Positions 47,480 to 60,749 of a stretch of DNA of 60,749 bases are shown here, in pieces. The DNA comes from Octopus bimaculoides (lineage: Eukaryota). The stretch lies in contig NC_068985.1 in the NCBI RefSeq assembly GCF_001194135.2, positions 41,936,980 through 41,997,728 on the forward strand, read 5' to 3'. Positions within the stretch are counted from its first letter, which is position 1; every line of letters begins with the position of its first letter. The notes below the pieces were generated by a model. It did not search any database. It was given only the letters and a program-made list of their open reading frames with translations, and had not been told where the DNA came from. A program made the translations under genes and the position numbers.

Positions 47480-48780
47480 AACTAAAGGGTTTGACCCATT
47501 TTACTTCCACTTCCCATACTGGCATGGATTCAAGTGCAAGACCTCATTGGGACCCATTGCTCTCATAGACGGTAGGAGAACCCAGTCTTGCTGACGTTTC
47601 ATTTCTGCATTTGATGCCCTTCCAGTCTCCAACCTTTTTAACTGTAAAAAGGTTGGTGATGGGTACAATTTATAGTGGTACCAGCACGAGATTAGTATTG
47701 TCATCTCCTGGTCTAGACAAGACTAATGAGTTCTTTGTTACCGTTTCCATCTGCTCCCCAACCATTTTTGATGGTATAGAGTACAGTTTTATGGAAGTTT
47801 ACTGCATATATTTTATGTGATATTTGTACTAATGCTGTTGCCTTGTATCCTGCAAAACAGAAGGAGGGTTCTTACTGTTCTACATTGTCTCCATTTGTAC
47901 TAAGCAATTTAACTAAAAGAAGGGTACAAGACGATTGCAAAAGAAGAACTAGAATGAAAGAGAGAAAAGTGGAAGAGTATGATGGTCTGTAGAGGAAGGA
48001 GAAAAGGGGAAATGAAGGAGATAGTACTAGTATTTGTAAAATGTAATGAAACAGTAATTGTAGGGGGTAATGGAAGAGAATGAGTGATGGAGAGCTGTAA
48101 AATGGTTAGTTGTGGGATTGTTGTAAAAGTTAAGTGACCTGAAGGAGAGAAAGTGGAAGTAAGCAGTATAACATTAGCTGGTAAAGAGAACATGCATAAT
48201 GAATTGTTTAGATGGCAACTGTAAGAGACTGAAGGAGAGTGAGTGAAGTGGGGTGTATCAGAGAAATGAAAGATGTACTAAATGTTAGTAGGAGAGATAG
48301 TATGTGTTTTGGTGTGATAAGTGTCAGTGAAACCAGCATATGAGGGTAATGTTACCTGGTAAGAGAATGATGAGTGCCAATAAAGTGATTTGAAAGAGAA
48401 AGAGTGTTGGCTAGTAAGGAGTGTATTGGTTATTAACAGGTCTGAAGCAATCTCTTGTTACTCAAGCAACATGATGAGAGGAAGAAATTACAAGAGAGAA
48501 CTAGTTGTTGGCAGAGATAAGGATTGAGTATAAACAGCTCTAGTATTTCTCTCATTCCGTGGATAAAGGTGCAATAAATAGGAGAAAGGTAATAGAAAGA
48601 TGACAGAGTATTGGATAGGCAAGGAAGGGAGAACAGGAAACATAGTTGGTATGAAAATGATGACAGGTCCCAGTATATATATATATTCCAACTTGTGATA
48701 TAGTTCCTATTTTAATGTGCATTAAACTATTCTTGCACCTATGATAAGGTCTTCTCCAGCACCATATATGGTCCTTTGTC
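47480..48780 (-). mobile_element. Highly decayed LINE (CR1/L2-like) fragments
   Basis: Strand-biased composition and weak endonuclease/linker-like peptides. Confidence 0.4.
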
Positions 48781-48799
48781 ATTTTCTTTTGGGAGATGC

Positions 48800-49090
48800 A
48801 ACATCATGAAATCAGTGTTCACCACTTCATCCCATGTCTTTCTGGGTCTGTTTGTTCCTCAGATTCCATTCACTTGGAGAACTCAACACTTCTTTATGCA
48901 AGTATCATGGTATCATCATCCATATGAACATGTCAGTGCAGTTTTCTTTCTTCCATATTGCAACTGATTCCTCTTGTATCCAGTTCTTTTCTCTCAGCTC
49001 ATTTATACTATCATTGCTGTCACCTAAATTATTTTGTTTCTTCCTTCATACTCTCACTTTCTTCACCTTTTGCAATTTGACCTGTATGAA
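48800..49090 (-). mobile_element. RTE LINE 3' fragment
   Basis: Reverse strand gives ..RPRKTWDEVVNTD-like end. Confidence 0.65.
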
Positions 49091-49199
49091 CAGAGACAAC
49101 ATAGAGTAGTGGGGGTCTCCTTTTGTTATGTAGGTTGCAAGGTAACTTCACTAATGCTGGTACTGTGATAAAATGCACCCAGGATATTCTGTGAAATAT

Positions 49200-49531
49200 A
49201 TATATATATATAATGAAGAATTTTCCTCCATGTGGCTGTTTTTCTCCCTACAAAACGGAAAGTTGCATTATGGAACAGTCATTTTAATGAGTTTTTTTAT
49301 TTATTTATCACCCGATGAGATACGTCTACACCACCGGATACTCCTGAACCAGTTTTTGTGTGTCCCACAAGAGGAGTTGATGCTAGATGTGTCAAAACAA
49401 TTGTTGCGATTAATAATATATTCTCGTATATTCCATCTTCTGTCTTTCATTTGTTGAGCGTCCAGTAACACAATCTGTATTACGTCCTCGCTTTGTTTTT
49501 TGTCGTTTTTCATTTTTGAACTTATATATAT

Positions 49532-49567
<36 letters not shown>

Positions 49568-50200
49568 CAGATAGTGCATGTACACACACATTTATATTAT
49601 ACATCTTTGTGCATGCGCAGAAATCTACTTTCTACTATGCATAGCACATATTTGCCTTTCTAATATTGTTCACTTTATATTGTATTCTTTGTCACTGACT
49701 TTTAAGCCCCAGATATAACTTGATGTGACATTTTGGTATTTCTGAATATAGCAATGTGGTTGTTATTTTGCTCCTTCAATGTGTCTGTCATTTTAGCTAT
49801 CATTTGTGGAGGTCCTACCTCCAAAACTTGGAGGTAGGACCTGTGGTAGGTGTTTCTGCTTTGTGTATCACTGTTTGTGCATTGCATGACTAATGTAATG
49901 AGCTTATTGCTTGGTTTTTGAAGTTGCATGGGGCCTCAGTGTTGGTTGTCTGGGTTCTTGATAGGTAGTTTTACCTTTTGTAGGTTGAGCTATAGCCAGT
50001 TTTAATGCTATGTTGAATAATTTTCTATGTCTCTGGTTTATGGGGAAGTGTCTATCTATTAGTGCTAAAAAGTTGAGAATTAGGGGTAAAACATATATTC
50101 TTGTGTCTATTTCTGTTCTTGTGGTGTTGCAATTTACTCTTTTGAAATGGCTGGCTTTTTGTATAAGGTTCAACTTTATTGAATATATTTTCATCCATCC
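49200..50200 (-). mobile_element. Penelope-like element 3' part (RT C-term/GIY-YIG region and pLTR remnant)
   Basis: FLALIDRHFPINQRHRKLFN motif at about 50000-50080; pLTR-like sequence at 49200-49510 related to 28660-28790. Confidence 0.65.
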
Positions 50201-50664
50201 TTTCTTATTTATCTTTAACCTTACTTCTCCCTTTTTTTTTACTACAACTCTGTCTGACAGTCACCTCACTACTATGAGATTTCTACCTTTCTCACCTTCA
50301 CATCCCTAGAGTGCACTTGGCTTCACAAATGAGTGATGTGTTTATATATGTTTGTGCATATATAGAAGTCTGTGTATTTGTAGACACATGGGATTTATAG
50401 ATGTATGTCTATTCACACCCTTGTGTATACATGCATGCTCATTGTATGCACAAGTATGCAGTAGTATCCATGCAGATGTGTGGCACTGAGGGTATCCACA
50501 TATACTTGTAAACATAGAGATATACAAGTGTAAAATATATGTGTAGACACATCGATATATGACAATATTGGCTCAATATGTACCTGTGGATAAGTGGCAA
50601 CTTATAAGCACCTACACAGTTATATACATATATTACTTTGTATGCAGTTTAGATGAATAGAGAT

Positions 50665-51410
50665 ACACCACTAGGGACCTCGGTGTGACTGTCGACGATA
50701 ACTTGATGGAGTGTCCACATAAGCAAGAAAGTTGACTTGGCCCGCAGTGTGTGCTCCTGGATCCTCATGACTTTCCAGTCTAGAGATGCTCCAACCATTA
50801 TCCTTCTTTTTTATACCTTTGCCTGCCCTCACCTTGAGTACTGTTGTCTGCTATGGTCTCCCTACACAAGCCAGAATATTAAAATGCTTGAAGCACCTCA
50901 GAGATCTGGTCTTAATTACTGTGATCGACTTGCGGATCTCAAACTGTATTCTCTCCAGTGCCGCTGAGACCGCTTTATTATTTGTATGATGTGGAAATTG
51001 TTCTGACAGTATTGCCCAAATGATATCGGTATTACTTTTAAAATCCACCCAAGGCTTGGTTCCCGTGCCATGCGTCCTCTACAGAAATCGTGCTCTCAAC
51101 ACACCACAACATTAAGACAGAACTACTTCTACTCAACTGGACCTGCTCCTTTTAACATCATTCCAAAACATATAAAGGAGGAATAAGATTTCATAACTTT
51201 CAAAAAGTTCCTGGTTGAATATCACCAACAAATTCCAGATAAAGCATTTACACCCGGGGTATACTGCTGCAAACAATAACTCTTTAATCGAATGGGCAAT
51301 GATGCCTGAAAATAACTATACAAAAATACATTGCTAAATGTCTTTTCCAGGTGGTACTATTAAGTTAGCTATGGGCTGGACCACTGTGGCCGAAACCTAT
51401 CTAAGTATCC
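50665..51410 (+). mobile_element. CR1 LINE 3' end
   Basis: RDLGVTVDD, PHLEYCCLLWSPY..LEAPQRS, LYSLQCR; tail GGCCGAAACCTATCTAAGTA. Confidence 0.85.
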
Positions 51411-52329
51411 ATGTCTGCATATGTGTATTTTCTTGTATGTACAACCTCACCTTTGTGTTGTTTGGGTGGGTGTGCGCGTGCGTGCGTGCAGGTAGATGCT
51501 CCCTGTGTTGATATGTGATCTATACATACAGTATATACTGGTTGTGTGATTCATACAGATGGTAAAACCCATTAGTTATATCAATGTACTTAGGTGTGTA
51601 GTATAAGCGCAGAATATAACCAATAAGATAATGGGGAGATAATTTATCACTATTGCGTATAAAGATTACGTCCCCTGAATTGAAAATATTTCCTTTTCAG
51701 TTCTGAATAAAATGCTGACGTCAAAGATCAACATCTATATTGCATTGCTGTGAAATCGCTAATACATTTTACATATATATAAAACTAAATCCCTTAGTCT
51801 TTGATGGTTCAAGACTTTCACAGTCCAATTTTTGAAATAAAATGATGTTAATATGTTATGTATAGTAATTCTGAAAAGTTCTTGCGAATAATTTTATAAC
51901 CGATAAAATTACCAGTGCTAGAGTTGTCTGATTTTGGATCAAGTGCTTATAATTTTATCAATTATAAAATTATTCCTAAGATCACACGTTGCAGTCTCTA
52001 TAAAAGGAAGGATATTTTGAGCACACTATCGTCACTGATATACAGAAAGAGAAAATGATTAGAACTGGAACCTCTTCTATCATAAATTTGCTCTATTAGA
52101 CAGAACCTGAGTCTGAACAGCAATAAGGGAACTCTGCATGTTAATCAATGACAGAATTGATAGCAATAGCAGCCGAATCACCCTCAAATCATATATCCTT
52201 CAATTTTAAAGAATTGCTGCTATACAAAAAAAAAAAAAAAAAAAAAAAATAGAATGTGACTTGAAACCCTTCTATGATAGGGTTATTTCATTGGATTTAA
52301 CTAACCTGGGACTAAAGAGTAACAACTAA

Positions 52330-52800
52330 TAGAACTACTAATGGAGCTGCTATAAGGTAGATTGGACTGCTAAAAATAGTAGTCAGATCTCCAACAGATC
52401 ATATTCTACTGCCTTGAAAATAAGGAATGTTGTACCTAACATACATAAAAATGAATGGAAAGCTTTCGGTGTAGTTCTATGCAAGTTAGAAATAACCAAC
52501 CAAATTTCTTCAAAATTATATCATCATAAAAAAGGAAGAACACTACAAAAACTAATGTCAGTGCTTGGTATACAGAAAAGCAGTGTGTCCATACAATGTG
52601 TCCAATCAAAACTGGATATCTAAGGAATAGTGGGATCATGAGCAGGTTAACAGCAAAGGTAGCCTTTATATATGAAAGGTGCACAGGTGTTCTGATGAAA
52701 AACACCCAAGAAGTTGATTGTCTCAACTGCTCAGATGAGTCCTTAGTAGTCAACAATCAATATCTTTTGCTTCGTAGGTGACATTTTTTTGCGACATAGG
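52330..52800 (+). mobile_element. RTE LINE RT fragment (zinc-finger insertion region)
   Basis: SIQCVQSKL..SGIMSRLTAKVAFIYERCTG..LVVNNQYL parallels 32640-33070. Confidence 0.65.
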
Positions 52801-53660
52801 TGTGTGCTTTGAAAGCATAGTAGCCAAAGTAAGTCGTCATCATCATCTTTTAACGTTCGTTTTTCATACTGGCACAGGTTGGAGAGTTTGACAGGAGCTA
52901 GCAAGCCAGAGGACTACACCAAGCTTTACTGTCTATTTTGGTAGGGTTTTTATAACTGTATGCCCTTTCTAATGCTGAAAAATGTTGAAGACGCTATTAC
53001 TCTTGGCAACATTGGACTCCTCAATTCAACTAACCCTATCACCTATCCTTGTCATTTCTCACTAGCCCCTGACACTGATTTTTCCCTTTCATTACTTCCC
53101 TAACATTATTGTCTCTATTATTCTCTTCACTACCACCCTCACACAATAAATCTGTTCCACCCATCATACTTTAACTTCCATCAACAACTTACCTAAAGTT
53201 ATCAATCTTTCTCTCTTTTTTTTTCACCTTTCAGTCATAGACTCTTTAGTTTTGAGAGTTACAAGGCAACTCCATGAAGTGGTTGGTGTTATGAAGGGCA
53301 TCTAGCCTTAAAAAGTAGGCCAAAACTGAAACATTGGAGCAAGACATAGTCTTTGATTTGCCAGATCTTGTCTAACTGTTCAACTTATAACAACATGGAA
53401 AATGAGCTTAAAATAGTTCTTCCTTAAAACTATCTAGCTGCTTCTAAACATGTTGTGTATCCCTATGTTGTAGTTACTAAATTTACCCTTTAAATTTAAT
53501 AACCACTATGTTTATTTAGATCAGCTGTTAATAGTGCACCCTATAGTTTGGCAGGTTTGTTGATTTCAATGTATGGAGATCAGCAAATTAAGAATATCTT
53601 AATTGCAAAGCAAATAGGAATTGGCCATAGGAAGGGTATCCAGCCACAGGAAACTACCTC
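52451..53660 (+). repeat. Local segmental duplication, copy 1
   Basis: 52451-52840 matches 58398-58788; 53246-53416 matches 59500-59673; 53415-53660 matches 60289-60530. Confidence 0.9.
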
Positions 53661-54329
53661 NNNNNNNNNNNNNNNNNNNNNNNNNNNNNNNNNNNNNNNN
53701 NNNNNNNNNNNNNNNNNNNNNNNNNNNNNNNNNNNNNNNNNNNNNNNNNNNNNNNNNNNNAGCAAGTCAAAGTGTATTAAAACAATATCTTTTACTTACC
53801 TACTAAAATGACTGGATATAGAGATCCAAGGATGTATAAGACCTAAGCTGCAAAACAGTTTTGCCCTTTAGCAATCAATTTTTTGGTGCCGAAATTTTAA
53901 GCGGGTAACTTGTACTCTTCGATTTTGTGTGGAGGTCATTTATGCATCTCTTTTTGGCCTGTACAATATATATCCTATTCATGCACATTTTCAAATAATT
54001 TCAGGGAGGTGGGGTTCCAGTTTCCAACCCCATCCTTTGCTATGAAGAAAAATAAGGGGTTTGCAGCAGATCAGGAGGCCAGGGTAGGTGATTTACATGC
54101 GAGAAATCCGAGGTTTTTTTTTTTTTTATGAACTGCGTGGAGGTGCACTTGTAAAAATTAATCCGAATGGTTTCATAAATATGGTGTTGAATATCGTTTC
54201 ATGACAGAAAAAAAGTTGAGGGTGACTGAACATCAAGAACCAATTCTTGCATGTCCTCAGGAACATGGGTAGAGTTTTCCAGCTGAGTTGGTGGTGAGAC
54301 TGTCCGTATAAAATGTATAGCGACATACT

Positions 54330-54583
54330 GTTTGAGATACTTCAGTCTCATTCCTGGAAGAACGATTCACTTTTTCAGGTTTCCCCATAAACTCTCAATA
54401 TTCTGAGTGTAAATAGCTGGGTTATGGGGATCCACAAAGTGTTCAGAGTGATTAACCTGATAGGTGTGTATAGCCCATGCTGCTCGAGTTATTATACGCG
54501 CGCCAAAAGTCACTATAGATTATTGATCCCGGCCTGATGTAGTGTCTAATGATAGGAATGAGGGTGTAAGCATCACTTCTGTT
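54330..54583 (-). pseudogene. Merlin transposase, C-terminal catalytic part
   Basis: NRSDAYTLIPIIRHYIRPGSIIYSDFWRAY..YTHL(fs)VNHSEHFVDP..TQNIESLW. Confidence 0.85.
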
Positions 54584-55527
54584 GCCCTCGCCTCATTCGG
54601 TCAAAAGTGGGACCATAAATGATCTCTTCNNNNNNNNNNNNNNNNNNNNNNNNNNNNNNNNNNNNNNNNNNNNNNNNNNNNNNNNNNNNNNNNNNNNNNN
54701 NNNNNNNNNNNNNNNNNNNNNNNNNNNNNNNNNNNNNNNNNNNNNNNNNNNNNNNNNNNNNNNNNNNNNNNNNNNNNNNNNNNNNNNNNNNNNNNNNNNN
54801 NNNNNNNNNNNNNNNNNNNNNNNNNNNNNNNNNNNNNNNNNNNNNNNNNNNNNNNNNNNNNNNNNNNNNNNNNNNNNNNNNNNNNNNNNNNNNNNNNNNN
54901 NNNNNNNNNNNNNNNNNNNNNNNNNNNNNNNNNNNNNNNNNNNNNNNNNNNNNNNNNNNNNNNNNNNNNNNNNNNNNNNNNNNNNNNNNNNNNNNNNNNN
55001 NNNNNNNNNNNNNNNNNNNNNNNNNNNNNNNNNNNNNNNNNNNNNNNNNNNNNNNNNNNNNNNNNNNNNNNNNNNNNNNNNNNNNNNNNNNNNNNNNNNN
55101 NNNNNNNNNNNNNNNNNNNNNNNNNNNNNNNNNNNNNNNNNNNNNNNNNNNNNNNNNNNNNNNNNNNNNNNNNNNNNNNNNNNNNNNNNNNNNNNNNNNN
55201 NNNNNNNNNNNNNNNNNNNNNNNNNNNNNNNNNNNNNNNNNNNNNNNNNNNNNNNNNNNNNNNNNNNNNNNNNNNNNNNNNNNNNNNNNNNNNNNNNNNN
55301 NNNNNNNNNNNNNNNNNNNNNNNNNNNNNNNNNNNNNNNNNNNNNNNNNNNNNNNNNNNNNNNNNNNNNNNNNNNNNNNNNNNNNNNNNNNNNNNNNNNN
55401 NNNNNNNNNNNNNNNNNNNNNNNNNNNNNNNNNNNNNNNNNNNNNNNNNNNNNNNNNNNNNNNNNNNNNNNNNNNNNNNNNNNNNNNNNNNNNNNNNNNN
55501 NNNNNNNNNNNNNNNNNNNNNNNNNNN

Positions 55528-55561
<34 letters not shown>

Positions 55562-55634
55562 TGTACATAGATGTATATATGTGTGTATATATATATATAG
55601 ACATACATAGATGTATATATACATACATAGCTGT

Positions 55635-55681
<47 letters not shown>

Positions 55682-55804
55682 TACATATATGTATAGCTAT
55701 ATAAACATATATATATATAAACATAGATGGAGATATATATATATATATATAGATGTATGTGTGTATATATAATACATATGTAGATGTGTTTATATATGTA
55801 TGTG

Positions 55805-55847
<43 letters not shown>

Positions 55848-55900
55848 ATGTGTGTGTGTGTATATGTATATGAATATATAGATGTATGTATAAATATATA
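55528..55900. repeat. Complex (TA)n/(TG)n/(CA)n microsatellite
   Basis: Direct reading. Confidence 0.95.
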
Positions 55901-55912
55901 ATACATAAGATT

Positions 55913-56163
55913 AAAATAAGCAACACGGATTTTAAAGATAACTGCAGTACGCACATTTCATGCTACTCCATTTATTTAAGTAATGCGAGCATTACATTAA
56001 ATGCAATATGTAGAGCAATCTTCAGCTCCACAAAAATGTAGAAAATTACAGTAGAATAGACATATTACTAATTGTGGCAACATTTAAAATCTAAGTGGGA
56101 AGAAGAATACATAAAAATCCATCTTGACATAGCCAAGGCTTTAAAATCCGTGTTGCTTATTTT
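55913..56163. mobile_element. About 250-bp MITE-like element
   Basis: 25-bp perfect IR AAAATAAGCAACACGGATTTTAAAG / CTTTAAAATCCGTGTTGCTTATTTT. Confidence 0.7.
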
Positions 56164-56295
56164 GATTTTTTGATCACCTTGCTTTTAGAATAGTTTTTGG
56201 ATAATACCATACTATATTCTGGTGCCTAAACATAAGTACCATATTCAATTTTGAATCTAAATCTAAATCTTTTATATAATACATATATAGATATG

Positions 56296-56580
56296 CAGGA
56301 CTCTAACTGGGAGAACAATGCCTGTCATCGCCATGGATGGAAGAAGCAGGTTAAGGAGGGGATCGACACTTTTGAGAGAGCACATATCCAGCATGAAGAA
56401 CTTAAGCGAGCTGCACAAAAGCACACGGCTCATATAGTGAATGGGGAAAGTTTAATCGGCAATGTTTGCAGTCGTGTATGCTTGTCAAGAGCAGGGCTCA
56501 TTAGCCACCAACGGAGCTGCAAATGCAAAATATATAGAGCACATAATGTTCCTAAAGGTCACGAGTGGACGGCCATCATC
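56296..56580 (+). mobile_element. RTE/BovB-type LINE 3' end
   Basis: WENNACHRHGWKKQVKEG..CSRVCLSRAGLISHQRSC, the C-terminal zinc-finger-like motif. Confidence 0.8.
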
Positions 56581-57170
56581 ATATAGATGTGTATGTATAT
56601 ATATATATATATATATATAAATATGTATGTATGTATATATATATATATATANNNNNNNNNNNNNNNNNNNNNNNNNNNNNNNNNNNNNNNNNNNNNNNNN
56701 NNNNNNNNNNNNNNNNNNNNNNNNNNNNNNNNNNNNNNNNNNATATTGATGTATATATAATGCATATATAGATGTGTGTAAAATAAGTTTATAGCGTATG
56801 TAAGTGAACAATGTAACAATAAAGAAATCAGATTACTATTGGACTGAATATTTTATATCAAAATATATTTTGTGACATTTTATAACGATGCAGTTAATTG
56901 GTAGCAAGGTGATATGGAACATGTTCAAAGTGTGTATCTTACAGACCATCCAATATCGCCGGCTTTCCGCTTCTAATTCTAGTTAATAGTGACAAGTGCT
57001 TCCTTACTATCTCATTAAATTTTTATCAATTACAAGGGATTTATAACTCTCATGACGAACAAGAATATGAAAGATAAATGCAGTGATGAAATTGACTTCG
57101 ATTTAACTCCGCCAAAGGAAAGAATTAAACAATAAAATCATAAATTATTGAACAAACTTTTATTGGATTC

Positions 57171-58400
57171 TTGATTTTCATAATGGTTAGAACAAATATC
57201 GAAAGAGCATACCGTAAATGTTGTCGTGAAATTGAAGGCAGTGTAACTCATCTGGAGAGGCACGGAAAAACAGATAAACATATTAAAAATGTTAATTCAG
57301 AAAATAAAAGTGGAAACCTGACCAACCTTTTGCAGCCTACAACTTTTTCTGTTCATATTACGAATGTAGCAGCTGTGGAGCTTAAGCTTTGTTCTTTCAT
57401 TGCAGAACGTAACTTACCAGTGAGACTTATGGATCATTTACCTAGACTAATTCAGTATGCATGTCCTGATTCTAAAATAACTAAAGATATTAAATGTGTA
57501 AGAACCGAAGCCACTCAAATATATAAAAATATTTTAGGTCCTCATTAGACAGTTCAAACAGTGCAAATTTTCATTAATTGTTGAGGAAATTACTGATGTA
57601 ATTACAGCTTGTTCTGTTAGCTTGATTTTATAATTGTAGCACTCAAAAAATTACTGATAGTTATTTAATTCTTTTGGAAGTTTTTCTCTGTTGAAAGGTT
57701 CTTCACCTTACATGATATTCCTTTTGAAATTTTGATAGGACTTACCGGTGACAATGCTAGTGTAATAATGGGACAGAAGGGAGGTGTGCAGGCACGGCTG
57801 AAGAATGAAGTCCCCTCTCTCTTTATTCAGGGTTGTGCTTGTCACTCTATGTATATCTGTGCATCAAAGGCATGTTCAGAATTACCTTCATATTTAGAAG
57901 AACTTGCTAGAAGCATACGTTCATTCCTTGCAAATAGCCCAAAGAGACTACAGGAATATGAAGAATTCCAGGCATTTACTCAAATAAATCCTTATCAATT
58001 ATTACATATAAGTTGTACAAAGTAGCTATCTTTAGAACAAGTTGTCAAAGGAATACTAGACCAGTGACCTGCTCTAATGTTATTCGTTACTACTGCTGTT
58101 ATTGAAGATAACAACAGTGCAGCTTCAAATGTGCTGAACTCATCGACAAATCCAATCACAGAGATGTATTATGTATTTTTAGCATATATTTTGCCAGATA
58201 TTATTAAGCTGAACTTAGATTTCCAATCAGAAAGCTATAGAATGCACAAATTTCACAAATCTATAACATGTATTGTTAAGGGAATACTTGGCAATTTTGT
58301 TAAAAAACAAATTGTGAAAAATAAAGAGCTACATGAAATTAACACCAATGAACCATCAGTGTATCTTCCCATAACTGAAATTTACAGAGGAGCAAAATGA
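57171..58400 (+). pseudogene. hAT transposase remnant (ZNF862-like subgroup)
   Basis: ELKLCSFIAERNLPVRLMDHL..PDSKI, GLTGDNASVIMG..GCACHS, NSPKRL, K*LSLEQVV..ILDQ*, NLDFQSE; multiple stops. Confidence 0.88.
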
Positions 58401-60530
58401 ATGGAAAGCTTTCAGTGTAGTTCTATGCAAGTTAGAAATAACCAACCAAATTTCCTCAAAATTATATCATCATAAAAAAGGAAGAACACTACAAAAACTA
58501 ATGTCAGTGCTTGGTATACAGAAAAGCAGTGTGTCCATACAATGTGTCTAATCAAAACTGGATATCTAAGGAGTAGTAGGATCATGAGCAGGTTAACAGC
58601 AAAGGTAGCCTTTATATATGGAAGGTGCACAGGTGTTCTGATGAAAAACACCCAGGAAGTTGATTGTCTCAACTACTCAGATGAGTCCTTAGTAGTCAAC
58701 AATCAATATCTTTTGTTACGTAGGTGACCTTATATGTGACATAGGTGTGTGCTTTGAAAGCATAGTAGCCAAAGTAAGTCGTCATCATNNNNNNNNNNNN
58801 NNNNNNNNNNNNNNNNNNNNNNNNNNNNNNNNNNNNNNNNNNNNNNNNNNNNNNNNNNNNNNNNNNNNNNNNNNNNNNNNNNNNNNNNNNNNNNNNNNNN
58901 NNNNNNNNNNNNNNNNNNNNNNNNNNNNNNNNNNNNNNNNNNNNNNNNNNNNNNNNNNNNNNNNNNNNNNNNNNNNNNNNNNNNNNNNNNNNNNNNNNNN
59001 NNNNNNNNNNNNNNNNNNNNNNNNNNNNNNNNNNNNNNNNNNNNNNNNNNNNNNNNNNNNNNNNNNNNNNNNNNNNNNNNNNNNNNNNNNNNNNNNNNNN
59101 NNNNNNNNNNNNNNNNNNNNNNNNNNNNNNNNNNNNNNNNNNNNNNNNNNNNNNNNNNNNNNNNNNNNNNNNNNNNNNNNNNNNNNNNNNNNNNNNNNNN
59201 NNNNNNNNNNNNNNNNNNNNNNNNNNNNNNNNNNNNNNNNNNNNNNNNNNNNNNNNNNNNNNNNNNNNNNNNNNNNNNNNNNNNNNNNNNNNNNNNNNNN
59301 NNNNNNNNNNNNNNNNNNNNNNNNNNNNNNNNNNNNNNNNNNNNNNNNNNNNNNNNNNNNNNNNNNNNNNNNNNNNNNNNNNNNNNNNNNNNNNNNNNNN
59401 NNNNNNNNNNNNNNNNNNNNNNNNNNNNNNNNNNNNNNNNNNNNNNNNNNNNNNNNNNNNNNNNNNNNNNNNNNNNNNNNNNNNNNNNNNNNNNNNNNNT
59501 TTAGTTTTGAGAGTTACAAGGCAACTCCATGAAGTGGTTGGTGTTATGAAGGGCATCTAGCCTTAAAAAGTAGGCCAAAACTGAAACATTGGAACAAGAC
59601 ATAGTCTTCTGATTTGCCAGATCTTGTCTAACTATTCAACTTATAACAATATGGAAAATGAGCTTAAAATAGTAATGATGATAATAAAGAGTTGGCCATT
59701 TCAGCAGATGAGTAGGGTTTGGTAATAAGTACAGTGCTTTTACTAATTACTTTACGTGTCTACATAGTTGTGAGCAGACATAGACATCCTGTTGATTCTC
59801 CCACTTTTTGACCCAGGGGCATAGCTGGAGAGAGAAAACTGCACTAATACTCAGCTGGTACTCATTTTCAGCTTAGACCATATCAACATGAAATGCCTTG
59901 CTCAAGGATGCAGTGCACTACCCTGTCCAAGAACTAAACTCATGACATTATGATTGTAAGCCCAACATATGAACTCTTAGTGTCAGGAAGCGAATGAATT
60001 TGGTGTACAAATAACCCAATCTACAAAAGTTCCTTTTTGCTGAAGCATTTTTATTCTGTTGAAGACTTCTTTATTTGATGAGAAGTTGATTATCCTTGTA
60101 CTAATATTTCTAAGTTCTTGAGGATATTTCAAGGATTTTAGAAGCTCAGTTTGAGTACTTCAGTATGTTTGTTAAAAGGCTTTTATAAGTTTTCATATCT
60201 AAATTGAGTCTGATGTTCAAGAAGTTAACCATCTTAAAGTTGGTACTTACAGGTATTTTGAGTCCTAGCTGGTCGAAGGTACATATCAGTTCTTTCTTAA
60301 AACTATCTAGCTGCTTCTAAACATGTTGTGTATTCCTATGTTGTAGTTACTAAATTTACCCTTTAAATTTAATAACTACTATGTTTATTTAGATCAGCTG
60401 TTAATAGTGCACCCTATAGTTTGGCAGTTTTGTTGATTTCAATTTCAATGTATGGATTAAGAATATCTTAATTGCAAAACAAATAGGAATTGGCCATAGG
60501 AAGGGTATCCAGCCACAGGAAACTACCTCA
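58398..60530 (+). repeat. Local segmental duplication, copy 2
   Basis: See copy 1; carries about 615 extra bp (59674-60288). Confidence 0.9.
59960..60290 (-). mobile_element. Penelope-like RT fragment
   Basis: FDQLGLKIPVSTNFKMVNFLNIRLNLDMKTY resembles PLE F...GLKIT..N.K.VNFLDVTLNL..G.Y. Confidence 0.7.
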
Positions 60531-60653
60531 ATAGATTTTGTCTACTCCTTGCCAGCATGGAAAAAATGAACATAACAGTGATGATGATGATGAGTCTCTT
60601 TCTTTTCATCTTTTGGGGTAGTTACAAGATCACTATTTCAGTAATTTCACTAA

Positions 60654-60749
60654 CCTTTTAGTATTTAAATCAACCATATCCTGCTACCTGTTTAATTTTC
60701 ATACCAACTAGATCTGGTCTCTCACACCTAACTCACAATATCATTCTAA
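60654..60749 (+). mobile_element. piggyBac-type MITE, truncated at the window end
   Basis: Same family as 6972-7183. Confidence 0.7.

Noticed and set aside
49360-49410. Degenerate hammerhead-like motif in a PLE remnant
   Set aside because: Core nucleotides are mutated.
37336-59556. Long ORFs in the track (e.g. 37336..38028, 38823..39719, 44548..45234, 54573..55956, 58696..59556)
   Set aside because: Artefacts of N-runs and (TA)n repeats.

Overview
AT-rich animal DNA, about 9% assembly gaps, dense in microsatellites and decayed transposons. The repeat families suggest an octopus (inference). The ORF track misses the real genes. Manual splicing recovers a complete 7-exon, 217-aa nicolin-1 (NICN1, a tubulin polyglutamylase complex subunit) gene on the minus strand (41973 to 26549). 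It also recovers a probable first coding exon of a CD36/SCARB-family gene (10386-10273, minus) whose further exons were not found. The rest is hAT, Tc1, mariner, pogo, Merlin and piggyBac-type DNA transposon remnants, RTE/CR1 LINE and Penelope fragments, and two SINE families. The most unusual signals are: (1) two GG-ended, 8-bp-TSD foldback MITEs with telomeric (TTAGGG/CCCTAA) cores, near two Merlin transposase remnants around the NICN1 promoter; (2) a Penelope pseudo-LTR with an intact minimal hammerhead ribozyme facing a mutated copy; (3) an ORF1-only half-L1-like element just upstream of the CD36-like exon; (4) in NICN1, an acidic exon, an RFX X-box-like motif over the ATG, and a 3' UTR built from decayed copies of its last exon. 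Repeat boundaries are approximate unless a TSD/TIR is quoted. Protein family calls are from recalled motifs, not database searches.
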